A stretch of 64,000 bases of DNA from Tequatrovirus BCH953P4. How positions within the stretch are numbered: position 1 is the first letter of the stretch; every line of letters starts with the position of its first letter. A model generated the notes under the pieces. That model made no database searches, was not told the DNA's origin, and worked only from the letters and a program-made list of their open reading frames with translations. A program made the translations under genes and the position numbers. Location of the stretch: the sequence record OZ035789.1. The stretch is one strand, 5' to 3'. Positions 32,826 to 43,330 of the stretch are shown piece after piece.

Positions 32826-33286
32826 AGAGAGTCTCTTAATAGGTTTAACACATCAATAAATTCAGCTTCGGTTAATATTGTATCATCTTTTGTTAGACCA
32901 CTAGCCATGCTGTGCTTCAAAACTTTTCCTTTTGAGGCTTGTAAGGCATCACGAAACCCCTTGTTTTGAATCGCTGCTTCAAAATATGCATTTGTGTATA
33001 ATTCTTTCCACGCCGGGGAATATCTTGAAAACGGAACTCCAATCCAGAAGAGGGTCCCACGGTCCTGAGCTCTAGCATAAGACCTTCCAGCTTGTTGGGC
33101 GGCAAGCCCGGATAACCCAAATATACGACGTTGTTGTTCAACATTTTTCACCTTACACCCTTGGAGGAATCCTTCAAGACCTCCAAATTGAATACCATCC
33201 ATAACGAAAGGCCATTGGGCGAAATTACTTAATGCACATGATGGCCACCTAAAATTGCTTCTAATCTCTAACTCAGACATTTTCAA
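32822..33286 (-). CDS. NADAR/YbiA-like (DUF1768) domain protein
   Basis: 154 aa; SNFAQWPFVMDGIQF...EGFLQGCK resembles YbiA motif SNF..WP..DG...E..FQ..K. Confidence 0.55.
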   Translation of the reverse strand: MKMSELEIRSNFRWPSCALSNFAQWPFVMDGIQFGGLEGFLQGCKVKNVEQQRRIFGLSGLAAQQAGRSYARAQDRGTLFWIGVPFSRYSPAWKELYTNAYFEAAIQNKGFRDALQASKGKVLKHSMASGLTKDDTILTEAEFIDVLNLLRDSL

Positions 33287-33479
33287 TGCTTATAATTTCA
33301 ACATCAGCCCAATGACCATAGCAAGGAAGACGAAATTCAACTGGCCAGTTAGGGTCCTTTTCTAATATAATAGACTCAACTCGTGGTTCTTCATGTTCAT
33401 CAGTATATGGATTTTTATCTGTTACTTTATATGTGACCTTAATGTACTGAATTCCAAAAATCTTATTAATTATATTCAT
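33273..33479 (-). CDS. Hypothetical protein
   Basis: 68 aa ORF in operon. Confidence 0.55.
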   Translation of the reverse strand: MNIINKIFGIQYIKVTYKVTDKNPYTDEHEEPRVESIILEKDPNWPVEFRLPCYGHWADVEIISIENV

Positions 33480-33673
33480 ACTAATTCCTTTAATCCGTAG
33501 ATAGGAGATAATTCATCACCCATACGAAGGTCTTCATTTCCATCTACCCAGGAAACAATATAAGCCTCTTTTATTTGAATACCACTCCATTTAAATGGAG
33601 GTAGAACCTTAGAAATTAATCCAGGTATACCAACTCCCTTTAATTCAACAGTTTGACCTAAAAAGAATTTCAT
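33476..33673 (-). CDS. Hypothetical protein
   Basis: 65 aa ORF, overlapping stops/starts. Confidence 0.55.
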   Translation of the reverse strand: MKFFLGQTVELKGVGIPGLISKVLPPFKWSGIQIKEAYIVSWVDGNEDLRMGDELSPIYGLKELV

Positions 33674-33960
33674 TAGAACCTCATCTGAAAACCGTGCGAT
33701 TTAACATTACCGCCGCCAATATCAGAAATGTTAATTTCACGCGCAATTGAAGGGTCAATGTCAATTTCGCGATTGAGTTTAGTGATAGCTAAAGTATCAC
33801 GCCCATTTACAGTACGAAACTCTAAAGGACAAACCACATCAACGTAGTTTTTAATCGATTCGCTAGTAGGTTGCAAATGTGCAGGAAGGTCTTTAGGCGA
33901 CTTTGAGAAAACTACTTCGCAGAAGTTTTTACGGGTATCAAAATAAGTAGTCATAAACAT
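33673..33960 (-). CDS. Hypothetical protein
   Basis: 95 aa ORF. Confidence 0.6.
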   Translation of the reverse strand: MFMTTYFDTRKNFCEVVFSKSPKDLPAHLQPTSESIKNYVDVVCPLEFRTVNGRDTLAITKLNREIDIDPSIAREINISDIGGGNVKSHGFQMRF

Positions 33961-34001
33961 AACATTTTCCTCAGTAAGGGGCCAAAGCCCCTCATTTTAT
34001 T

Positions 34002-34367
34002 TTAAATATCAAATTCGTTAAGAACTACATCAAAGATTGCTTCAAGATGCTCAGGTTTAGCTCTGTTACTCAGAATATGACGAATCCAAGTTTTAACCAA
34101 AAGCTTGCGATTAGCACCATTCCAGCAAGGATGAGTCCCTAAATCACGTTGACGAAAATCATCATCCAGAGCGATTTTGAAGTTTGAACCTTCCATTGTG
34201 ATTGAAACCGTGATTCCATTTTCAAATCGCATATAAACGTAATTAGGAGTCATATACTGCTCAATTTCGCATACTGATCCATTTTGATGTTTCCAAAGGC
34301 AAATAGTATCAATAGAACCTGCAATACAATTAGAAACATATTTACGTTCAAAATTGATGTAGTTCAT
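34002..34367 (-). CDS. Hypothetical protein
   Basis: 121 aa from ATG with GGAG RBS (track ORF begins at upstream TTG). Confidence 0.6.
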   Translation of the reverse strand: MNYINFERKYVSNCIAGSIDTICLWKHQNGSVCEIEQYMTPNYVYMRFENGITVSITMEGSNFKIALDDDFRQRDLGTHPCWNGANRKLLVKTWIRHILSNRAKPEHLEAIFDVVLNEFDI

Positions 34368-34394
34368 TTTATTCTCCAAGATGTTTAATTGCGG

Positions 34395-34430
34395 TACAGG
34401 TATATAATATCATATCCTGTACCAAAGTAA
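34395..34430 (-). promoter_or_regulatory. Early-type promoter GTTTAC-N17-TATTAT with 8-bp inverted repeat flanking the -10
   Basis: coding strand GTTTACtttGGTACAGGatatgaTATTATataCCTGTACC; approx. coordinates. Confidence 0.5.
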
Positions 34431-34434
34431 ACAA

Positions 34435-34767
34435 TTATTTTACTACTTTCCAATGCTGCATGTCAAGTTTACCAACTTTTTTCATCTTCTCAATTAAGCG
34501 TTCGGCACGTTGGCGAGCTGTAACATAATACCATTCACCTAATTCATTTTGTTCAATTTTTCCAACGATTACTGTATTCAATTCATAAATCCAACCAGTA
34601 AAGAAATTATGAACTTGAATTGTAAAGGTGAAATCTGTTCCCATACCTTCTGTTGTTTCTACTTCAATAATATCACCTTCAACTGCCATTAAGAACCACA
34701 TAGTTTCATCATATTTACCATTGAAGCATTTAGTTTTAACTGTAGCGTTCAGATTAATCGTTTTCAT
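34435..34767 (-). CDS. Hypothetical protein
   Basis: 110 aa; GGAG RBS; promoter-like GTTTAC-N18-TAGTAT upstream. Confidence 0.6.
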   Translation of the reverse strand: MKTINLNATVKTKCFNGKYDETMWFLMAVEGDIIEVETTEGMGTDFTFTIQVHNFFTGWIYELNTVIVGKIEQNELGEWYYVTARQRAERLIEKMKKVGKLDMQHWKVVK

Positions 34768-34854
34768 TTTATTCTCCTTTGTTTGTGTAAGATAATACTA
34801 TCACAAAGGAACCGTACTGTAAACAACTTTGTGCAATCTTTGGAAAATAAAAAA

Positions 34855-34872
34855 GGACTCCCGAAGGAGTCC
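34855..34872 (-). terminator. Hairpin GGACTCC-CGAA-GGAGTCC with T-run
   Basis: perfect 7-bp stem and tetraloop, followed on minus strand by TTTTTTATTTT. Confidence 0.65.
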
Positions 34873-34877
34873 TTAAC

Positions 34878-35054
34878 TTATGCTTTCTGCTTACCAAAAC
34901 GAGAAGCATCATCTCGAAGAACCGCACGTGCTCGGCGCATGATCTTCTCAACAGTTTGATTGATACGAGAGTTCGACCCACGCTTGTAGCCAGCGCGTTT
35001 AGAATCACCAACTTTCTTTTCAACTGCTTTCTTTGCTTTAGCTTGTTTTGCCAT
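34878..35054 (-). CDS. Small basic protein
   Basis: 59 aa from ATG (MAKQAKAKK...); K/R-rich. Confidence 0.5.
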   Translation of the reverse strand: MAKQAKAKKAVEKKVGDSKRAGYKRGSNSRINQTVEKIMRRARAVLRDDASRFGKQKA

Positions 35055-35342
35055 TATAAATTCTCTTTTAAATGAAAATGCAGGACTTATTGGCATTGCC
35101 TGCGCAAGCCCTCAAGGGGAACATAGGTTTTTGGATATTTAACGACCAGGATAACCATAAACCCGTCATCATACCACCAAGACTTACACAGATAACACTT
35201 TTCTGACGCATGATAGTAACATTCAAGAGGTACACCGTAAAACTGCCGGGGTCTTAAAACTATAATGATTCGCAAATCATTAATCAGACAGTTCGACGGC
35301 TCCTCGATTTAGCTCACACTAAGGCAGTGAATCTCCAATAAA

Positions 35343-35591
35343 TTACTTCAATGTTACCACAAAGTGACGAACTGCTTTTCGTGCAGCAGAAGCCAGAGGC
35401 TTAGCATATTTAAGTTCATCTTTTTCCTGAAGCTCAGCAGCTAATGCAGTTTGAGCAGGATTCAGATGTTTGAAATAACGCAGGATTTCAAGAGCTTCGG
35501 CTTCAACATCAATAGATGCGCCATAGTTTTCGTGACCATTATTCCATGCGTTTCGTTGCAGTTCAAGAGCGTGTTGTAATTGTTTAATCAT
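35343..35591 (-). CDS. rIII: rIII lysis inhibition accessory protein
   Basis: 82 aa; sequence recognised. Confidence 0.9.
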   Translation of the reverse strand: MIKQLQHALELQRNAWNNGHENYGASIDVEAEALEILRYFKHLNPAQTALAAELQEKDELKYAKPLASAARKAVRHFVVTLK

Positions 35592-35730
35592 TTAAAAATT
35601 CTCGTTAGAGATTAAAACTCGGTAGTCACGTTCTTCTGAATTTCATCTTCTTTCGACAGATCTCTCAGTTGTAGACTACCACATAGAATTGTTCGGTTAA
35701 CTTATTATTCCGACACCCAATTCATATTAT

Positions 35731-35738
35731 TATTTATA
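35731..35738 (-). promoter_or_regulatory. Late promoter TATAAATA upstream of rIII
   Basis: minus-strand TATAAATA just after gene 31 stop. Confidence 0.5.
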
Positions 35739-36074
35739 TCACTTATAAAGACACGGAATAGCTTTATAGTGACAGGTAACAAATTTTTGTTTAATTTCTT
35801 TTGGCTGCTTAAGACCCAGAGCTACAAAAGGATGCGGAACATTTCGAATTTGACCAACTGGAAGAGAAGTCAAATCACCAACTTCGCAGAAACCTTCAGG
35901 AACATCAGGACCGACAGAGTGAACTACACACAGTTCAGGAACTTCACCTTGAACACGTTTACCGATAATAAGTCCTGATTCTGTAACTTCTTCATCACCG
36001 GCTTGTGCAGGTTCAGAAACTAAAATAACATATTCACCGACAGCACGAATTGGTAGCTGTTGTACTTCAGACAT
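35739..36074 (-). CDS. 31: Co-chaperonin gp31 (GroES analogue)
   Basis: 111 aa; sequence recognised. Confidence 0.95.
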
Positions 36075-36130
36075 CGTTTTTCCTTTTTGTTAACAGATGA
36101 ATTAATAATAACAAATAATTCTTAAAGCAT

Positions 36131-36439
36131 TTATTTACCAATAAATTGAAGCAAATGCTCAACTTTCATACCATTAACGGAAATCAATTTGTCAATAGAA
36201 AAACCTCGCCACGCACCAAGCTCAACATCAAATACTGGAATCATATCAGTAGATTCTTTCCGGGTAGATTCAGTCAATTTACCAGTTTGCATGGTTGGCA
36301 TAAAGTCTGCGTCGCGAGTACCTTTCATAGTACGAATAGTACCATCAGACTTTTCAAAAACTACGTTTGAAACACCCATGGACAATTTAGTTTTCAAAAT
36401 TTCACGAATTGCTACTTTCTGCTCAGTTGTCAGTTTCAT
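36131..36439 (-). CDS. Hypothetical protein (31.1 position)
   Basis: 102 aa. Confidence 0.65.
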   Translation of the reverse strand: MKLTTEQKVAIREILKTKLSMGVSNVVFEKSDGTIRTMKGTRDADFMPTMQTGKLTESTRKESTDMIPVFDVELGAWRGFSIDKLISVNGMKVEHLLQFIGK

Positions 36440-36676
36440 TTATTTACCTATTACAGTTTTAATATGAGTTGTTCCACGTTCTTTAAGGGTGGAAAGTAAT
36501 TTTTGGCATTTTTCTAAATCAGATTTCCAACTATATGGTCTATCAATACTAGTCCAATCAGTTTTATAATACTGTTTCCATTTAGAGAAAAAATATTTCT
36601 TATACTCTACAGCAAATGAGATGTTCTCATTAGAATAAGAACTAATTGCTGTGAGCTTTACCAAACGAAATTTCAT
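36440..36676 (-). CDS. Hypothetical protein (31.2 position)
   Basis: 78 aa. Confidence 0.6.
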   Translation of the reverse strand: MKFRLVKLTAISSYSNENISFAVEYKKYFFSKWKQYYKTDWTSIDRPYSWKSDLEKCQKLLSTLKERGTTHIKTVIGK

Positions 36677-37257
36677 TATTCACCACAGAATTCGTTGATA
36701 TTTTCCCAATTTAACTTATTCAAGTTTTTCTTAGGAACATTAAACACTTCAATACCCGCATTTCGCAGAATATCATCCCAGCCAGGTTTATTTTTATCGT
36801 ATGTTTCACAATAAACCAGCTTTTTAATACCAGATTGAGCTATCGCTTTTGCGCAATCTGGACAGGGAGAAAGTGTTACATACATAGTAGCACCTTCAAT
36901 TGAAGAACCGTTTCGTGCAGCAAACAAAATCGCATTTAGTTCAGCATGAATTTCATTTTTAGACGACCATTCAGAGTGAGCGCTACGATGTTCTTTCGCC
37001 AAGACAAAGCGATCAGTTGAACCAAATGATACGCATTCAGGCTTATGGCCTTGGATGATAGTATGTTTAGGTTTATTCAGCAACCAACCTTGCTCAGCGG
37101 CATAATCACAACAGTTCACACCTCCTGCGGGTGAACCATTATACCCAGTAGAAATAATACGTCCATTCTTTTCAATTACTGCTCCTACCTTCCAGGAGCA
37201 ACATTTTGATTCTTGTGATACTAAATATGCAATTTGAAGTACTGTACTCGCTTTCAT
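36676..37257 (-). CDS. cd: dCMP deaminase
   Basis: 193 aa; zinc motifs HAELNAI and PCPDCAKAI. Confidence 0.95.
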   Translation of the reverse strand: MKASTVLQIAYLVSQESKCCSWKVGAVIEKNGRIISTGYNGSPAGGVNCCDYAAEQGWLLNKPKHTIIQGHKPECVSFGSTDRFVLAKEHRSAHSEWSSKNEIHAELNAILFAARNGSSIEGATMYVTLSPCPDCAKAIAQSGIKKLVYCETYDKNKPGWDDILRNAGIEVFNVPKKNLNKLNWENINEFCGE

Positions 37258-37592
37258 TTCATAATCACCAGATAAGCAGATTTAGCAGTTTCAACACGAT
37301 AAATTTCATGACGAAGTTTAGTTATACTTTTAATAACAGAACTAATTATATTCTGTCCGTCTTTAAAGCGGTTTTTCTTATCAATAAAAATTGCGCCAAC
37401 CATCTTTTTGTGAAGCTCAACTGGATACTTCGTCACAATAATAGCATCATATACAGAAGGATGAATACTATTTACTAGAGTGTCATTCATTAAAGTTATT
37501 CTAATGAACTGTGCTGTTTCAGAGTCAAGCGCTCTATGATCGCCAGTATCATTTTCAAGACAATTATCAATTATATCAGTTAAATTCATCAT
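37254..37592 (-). CDS. Hypothetical protein (cd cluster)
   Basis: 112 aa. Confidence 0.6.
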   Translation of the reverse strand: MMNLTDIIDNCLENDTGDHRALDSETAQFIRITLMNDTLVNSIHPSVYDAIIVTKYPVELHKKMVGAIFIDKKNRFKDGQNIISSVIKSITKLRHEIYRVETAKSAYLVIMK

Positions 37593-37825
37593 AGTACGCC
37601 ATACACCCTTTGTGCTTCAACTAATCCATCAAAATCCAATTTAAGATGTGTTATTTGATCACCATCACCTGGATTCACAATTACTAATACTGAACGAGGA
37701 GTTTCGGTAATAACACGAACCGATGTTTCAGGAAATCGTTCAGAAACCTTATTTACCAATTCCTGTGCAAATAGCTTAACTTTTTCTTGGAATTCTTTAA
37801 CAGTAATCGGTTTTTCACTTAGCAT
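37589..37825 (-). CDS. Hypothetical protein (cd cluster)
   Basis: 78 aa. Confidence 0.6.
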   Translation of the reverse strand: MLSEKPITVKEFQEKVKLFAQELVNKVSERFPETSVRVITETPRSVLVIVNPGDGDQITHLKLDFDGLVEAQRVYGVL

Positions 37826-38361
37826 GTTGATCCCAGCTCCTTACTTTCAACGTTTTTAACTAATTTGACAGAAACTAATTCAGCATCTTGAGTAATCATT
37901 ACCGGGCCTTCTTCATACTCTTCAAGATATTCTAGAGCTTTCTTTTTAGCTTCTTCCTTCGTATCAGTTTGAGCATAGATATAAAACATACAACCAGTAA
38001 TACCTACTACTTTCCATTTAATTTCTTTATCAGTTTTAATTTCAAATTTACTGACAGAATCATCTTTTTGAACTTCTTCGAAAAAATAATATTCTGACAT
38101 ATAAGTAATTGAAAATAATGGGCTATCTTTATAGCATTCACCCATTACATCAACAGCTTTATACCAGTAATCGTCAATTTCACGTTTAATGCTAATAACA
38201 TTTTTCGCGGGATCAATTTTTACTTTAAATGAATTTTCCCCAATAAACTGAGCAATTCGTTTATTAGCCCCGCAAGTTTCATTAAAAATATCTTTATATC
38301 CAGCTTTAAAGCGATAAACCTTATCTTCTTCAAACCATTCGCTCATTTTCAATTTCCTCAT
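37819..38361 (-). CDS. Hypothetical protein (cd cluster)
   Basis: 180 aa (or 175 aa from second ATG with AGGAAA RBS); GTTTAC-N18-TATTAT promoter-like motif upstream. Confidence 0.65.
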   Translation of the reverse strand: MRKLKMSEWFEEDKVYRFKAGYKDIFNETCGANKRIAQFIGENSFKVKIDPAKNVISIKREIDDYWYKAVDVMGECYKDSPLFSITYMSEYYFFEEVQKDDSVSKFEIKTDKEIKWKVVGITGCMFYIYAQTDTKEEAKKKALEYLEEYEEGPVMITQDAELVSVKLVKNVESKELGSTC

Positions 38362-38408
38362 TTGTTTGGTAGAGCCATAATATCACAACTCTACTGTAAA
38401 GTAAACTA

Positions 38409-38684
38409 TTAAATCGCTTTGAATTCCGCAGTTTGAGATTCAAAGCGAATGTCGCCTTTGATAACTAACTCAGCATCAAGACCGAATACGACAATGATAT
38501 GCGCGGAACCTGGATACAGCGTAATGGCAACAGAATCCACCTGGTCTGGAAGCAAAGTGTTTAATACATGAGTCACTTGAGCATGGATTCGAAGTTCGGC
38601 TGCGTTATCAAGCTTTTCAAACATATTATTAGCGATAATTTGACTAAACACTACTTCTACGATTTTAGAATAAGTCGGAAACAT
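38409..38684 (-). CDS. Hypothetical protein (cd cluster)
   Basis: 91 aa. Confidence 0.6.
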   Translation of the reverse strand: MFPTYSKIVEVVFSQIIANNMFEKLDNAAELRIHAQVTHVLNTLLPDQVDSVAITLYPGSAHIIVVFGLDAELVIKGDIRFESQTAEFKAI

Positions 38685-38686
38685 AT

Positions 38687-38887
38687 TTACCTCACATAAT
38701 TTTCTTCAAGCCAATCAATAACATCCAAAGCGTTATCAAAAGTTGAACCATCTACTTTGTCTTCTGTTTCATAATCAAGAACATCTAAGCCTACTCTTCC
38801 GTCAACAATAGGCCATAAACAAAATAGATATTTCTTTTCTTTTTCAATTTTATCACAAAGACGATAAATCTTTTCTATGTTATTCAT
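38687..38887 (-). CDS. Hypothetical protein (cd cluster)
   Basis: 66 aa. Confidence 0.55.
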   Translation of the reverse strand: MNNIEKIYRLCDKIEKEKKYLFCLWPIVDGRVGLDVLDYETEDKVDGSTFDNALDVIDWLEENYVR

Positions 38888-39076
38888 AAGTTTTCCATGG
38901 TAAAGGCAGTTTAGTTTTCTTTACTGTTAGTTCAACATCAGGATTCTTTTCTCTCAATTTAAGACATTCCTCCCAAGCTCTGATTTCACTAGTGAATACA
39001 CAAAATTGCCCATTACTAGTACCGACTAAACCACTATTTACAATAATAATAGCCCAAGTTTCATGATGCCACGCCA

Positions 39077-39077
<1 letters not shown>
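38880..39077 (-). CDS. Hypothetical small protein upstream of cd cluster
   Basis: 65 aa, overlaps neighbours by a few nt. Confidence 0.45.
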
Positions 39078-40280
<1,203 letters not shown>

Positions 40281-40284
<4 letters not shown>

Positions 40285-40511
40285 TTATTTTTCTCAACCA
40301 ATGATTGAATATAATCATGCAGGTCTTTAGATGCTTTACCCCACTTATTTTGGTATTCATTTTTAAGATTAGCACGTGATTGAGCTAATAAAACATCATT
40401 AGTTGGAGGTAAAGATTCTAATCGTTGAATCTGACGTCCATAAATCATTGCTGCCATCTCTGATTCATAAATCAATCCTTTGAGATGTTCAAATTGATGC
40501 CATGAAATCAT
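40281..40511 (-). CDS. Hypothetical protein (pseT cluster)
   Basis: 76 aa. Confidence 0.55.
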
Positions 40512-40807
40512 TTACATTTATCCTCTTTTAACTCTTGACGATAATAACATATCATAGTTTTCTGGTCATGTACATATCGTTTTACATCATTAAGCCAAAT
40601 ACGAAATTCCTGAGAATCTTCAAATGGCATACCGACCCAAGCTTTACCATCGATAACTTTAACTTGCCAAGATAGTTTAGCTTCGTCATATGACTTTATT
40701 TGCACAGGCCAATTAGGATGAACTGTTTCTTTCTTTACTTCTAGAGGCTTTGTCGAACAACCAACTAGAAGACCAATAGATAATATTACTGCTGATAGTT
40801 TAATCAT
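40508..40807 (-). CDS. Putative o-spanin (outer membrane lipoprotein)
   Basis: 99 aa; signal peptide with lipobox LLVGC|S; follows the i-spanin-like gene with ATGA overlap. Confidence 0.7.
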   Translation of the reverse strand: MIKLSAVILSIGLLVGCSTKPLEVKKETVHPNWPVQIKSYDEAKLSWQVKVIDGKAWVGMPFEDSQEFRIWLNDVKRYVHDQKTMICYYRQELKEDKCK

Positions 40808-41157
40808 TTAGAAAGGTCCTGGATGTCTTCTGCGAACTTGTTGAAGGAGTTGTTGATTTGTTTTTCAACCAATCCTGGCTTATGAGCCACCACATCCGCC
40901 TTCTTTGCGTCTTTGCGCAGCTTTTCATTTTCACGCTCAATTGCAGCAATTGATTCACGATTTTTATTATTCATTGCATCAATATAATTATATTGATTTT
41001 TTAAATCATTTAATGCTAAGGCGTTTTCATTGGCCGTTTTTGTAATTTCTACAACAGACGTTTCTAATCTTTCAATTTTATTTTTTAAAATTAAAGAAGT
41101 TCCGCCCAATGCAATTACAATTAATAACAAGCCTGCTGTCGTATTACTTACATGCAT
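40804..41157 (-). CDS. Putative i-spanin
   Basis: 117 aa; N-terminal transmembrane helix AGLLLIVIALGGTSLIL followed by coiled-coil-like region. Confidence 0.7.
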   Translation of the reverse strand: MHVSNTTAGLLLIVIALGGTSLILKNKIERLETSVVEITKTANENALALNDLKNQYNYIDAMNNKNRESIAAIERENEKLRKDAKKADVVAHKPGLVEKQINNSFNKFAEDIQDLSK

Positions 41158-41654
41158 AAAGTTTTAATAACCTCTATAATATCGTCTTGAGAAAGACCGT
41201 TAATTAAAATATGATGTTCAGCCGGAGATTTAGAAATTTTAAAGCATGCCTCAACATCTTCTGCCATATCCGATGCACTACGATTTGGATTACTAATTCC
41301 AAGACGATGCTTTCCCGTCAAAGGATTAACGATGATATAGCATTTACAGCTATTGATATGAACATTAGGTTGAGTCTGATTAATGAACACTTCGCAATCA
41401 TACTTAGCGAGTTGATTTTCTAAAAAGACTTTCATCTCCTCAACCGCATCAGGAAGCATATCACGGGCTTGCTCAAGACGACGATTTCGATATTCTTTAA
41501 TGGTCGTTTTCCGCTTAACTTGCTTAGCTAAATCTTTCTTAAGATCGGTGATATATCCAACTCGACGATTTCCTTTGAATACAGAAATCCCATCTGTAGT
41601 ATCACCGTATGCTTCAACGACCATTTCAGTAGTAATAAGCTGTAAATCCATCAT
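41148..41654 (-). CDS. alc: Putative Alc (inhibitor of host transcription)
   Basis: 168 aa; position between spanin pair and rnlA as in T4. Confidence 0.6.
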   Translation of the reverse strand: MMDLQLITTEMVVEAYGDTTDGISVFKGNRRVGYITDLKKDLAKQVKRKTTIKEYRNRRLEQARDMLPDAVEEMKVFLENQLAKYDCEVFINQTQPNVHINSCKCYIIVNPLTGKHRLGISNPNRSASDMAEDVEACFKISKSPAEHHILINGLSQDDIIEVIKTLCM

Positions 41655-41656
41655 AA

Positions 41657-41712
41657 AGTCCTCATGTTATGTCAGTAAGACTACTGTAACACAACATGAG
41701 GGACTTGTAAAC
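41657..41712 (-). promoter_or_regulatory. Repeated promoter/hairpin cassette, copy 2
   Basis: GTTTAC motif plus 13-bp inverted repeat covering GAGG RBS of alc; near-identical to 25855..25910. Confidence 0.55.
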
Positions 41713-41715
41713 AGC

Positions 41716-43303
<1,588 letters not shown>

Positions 43304-43330
43304 AATAAAATGGGCCTTGCGGCCCACTCC

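Noticed and set aside
34769-35023. 84-aa ORF overlapping the small basic protein gene in another frame
   Set aside because: Fully overlaps a better-supported frame and the terminator hairpin; no start context.
35087-35275. 62-aa W/C-rich ORF in the rIII-downstream spacer
   Set aside because: Begins at TTG with no RBS and has odd composition; kept only as part of the noncoding-spacer finding.
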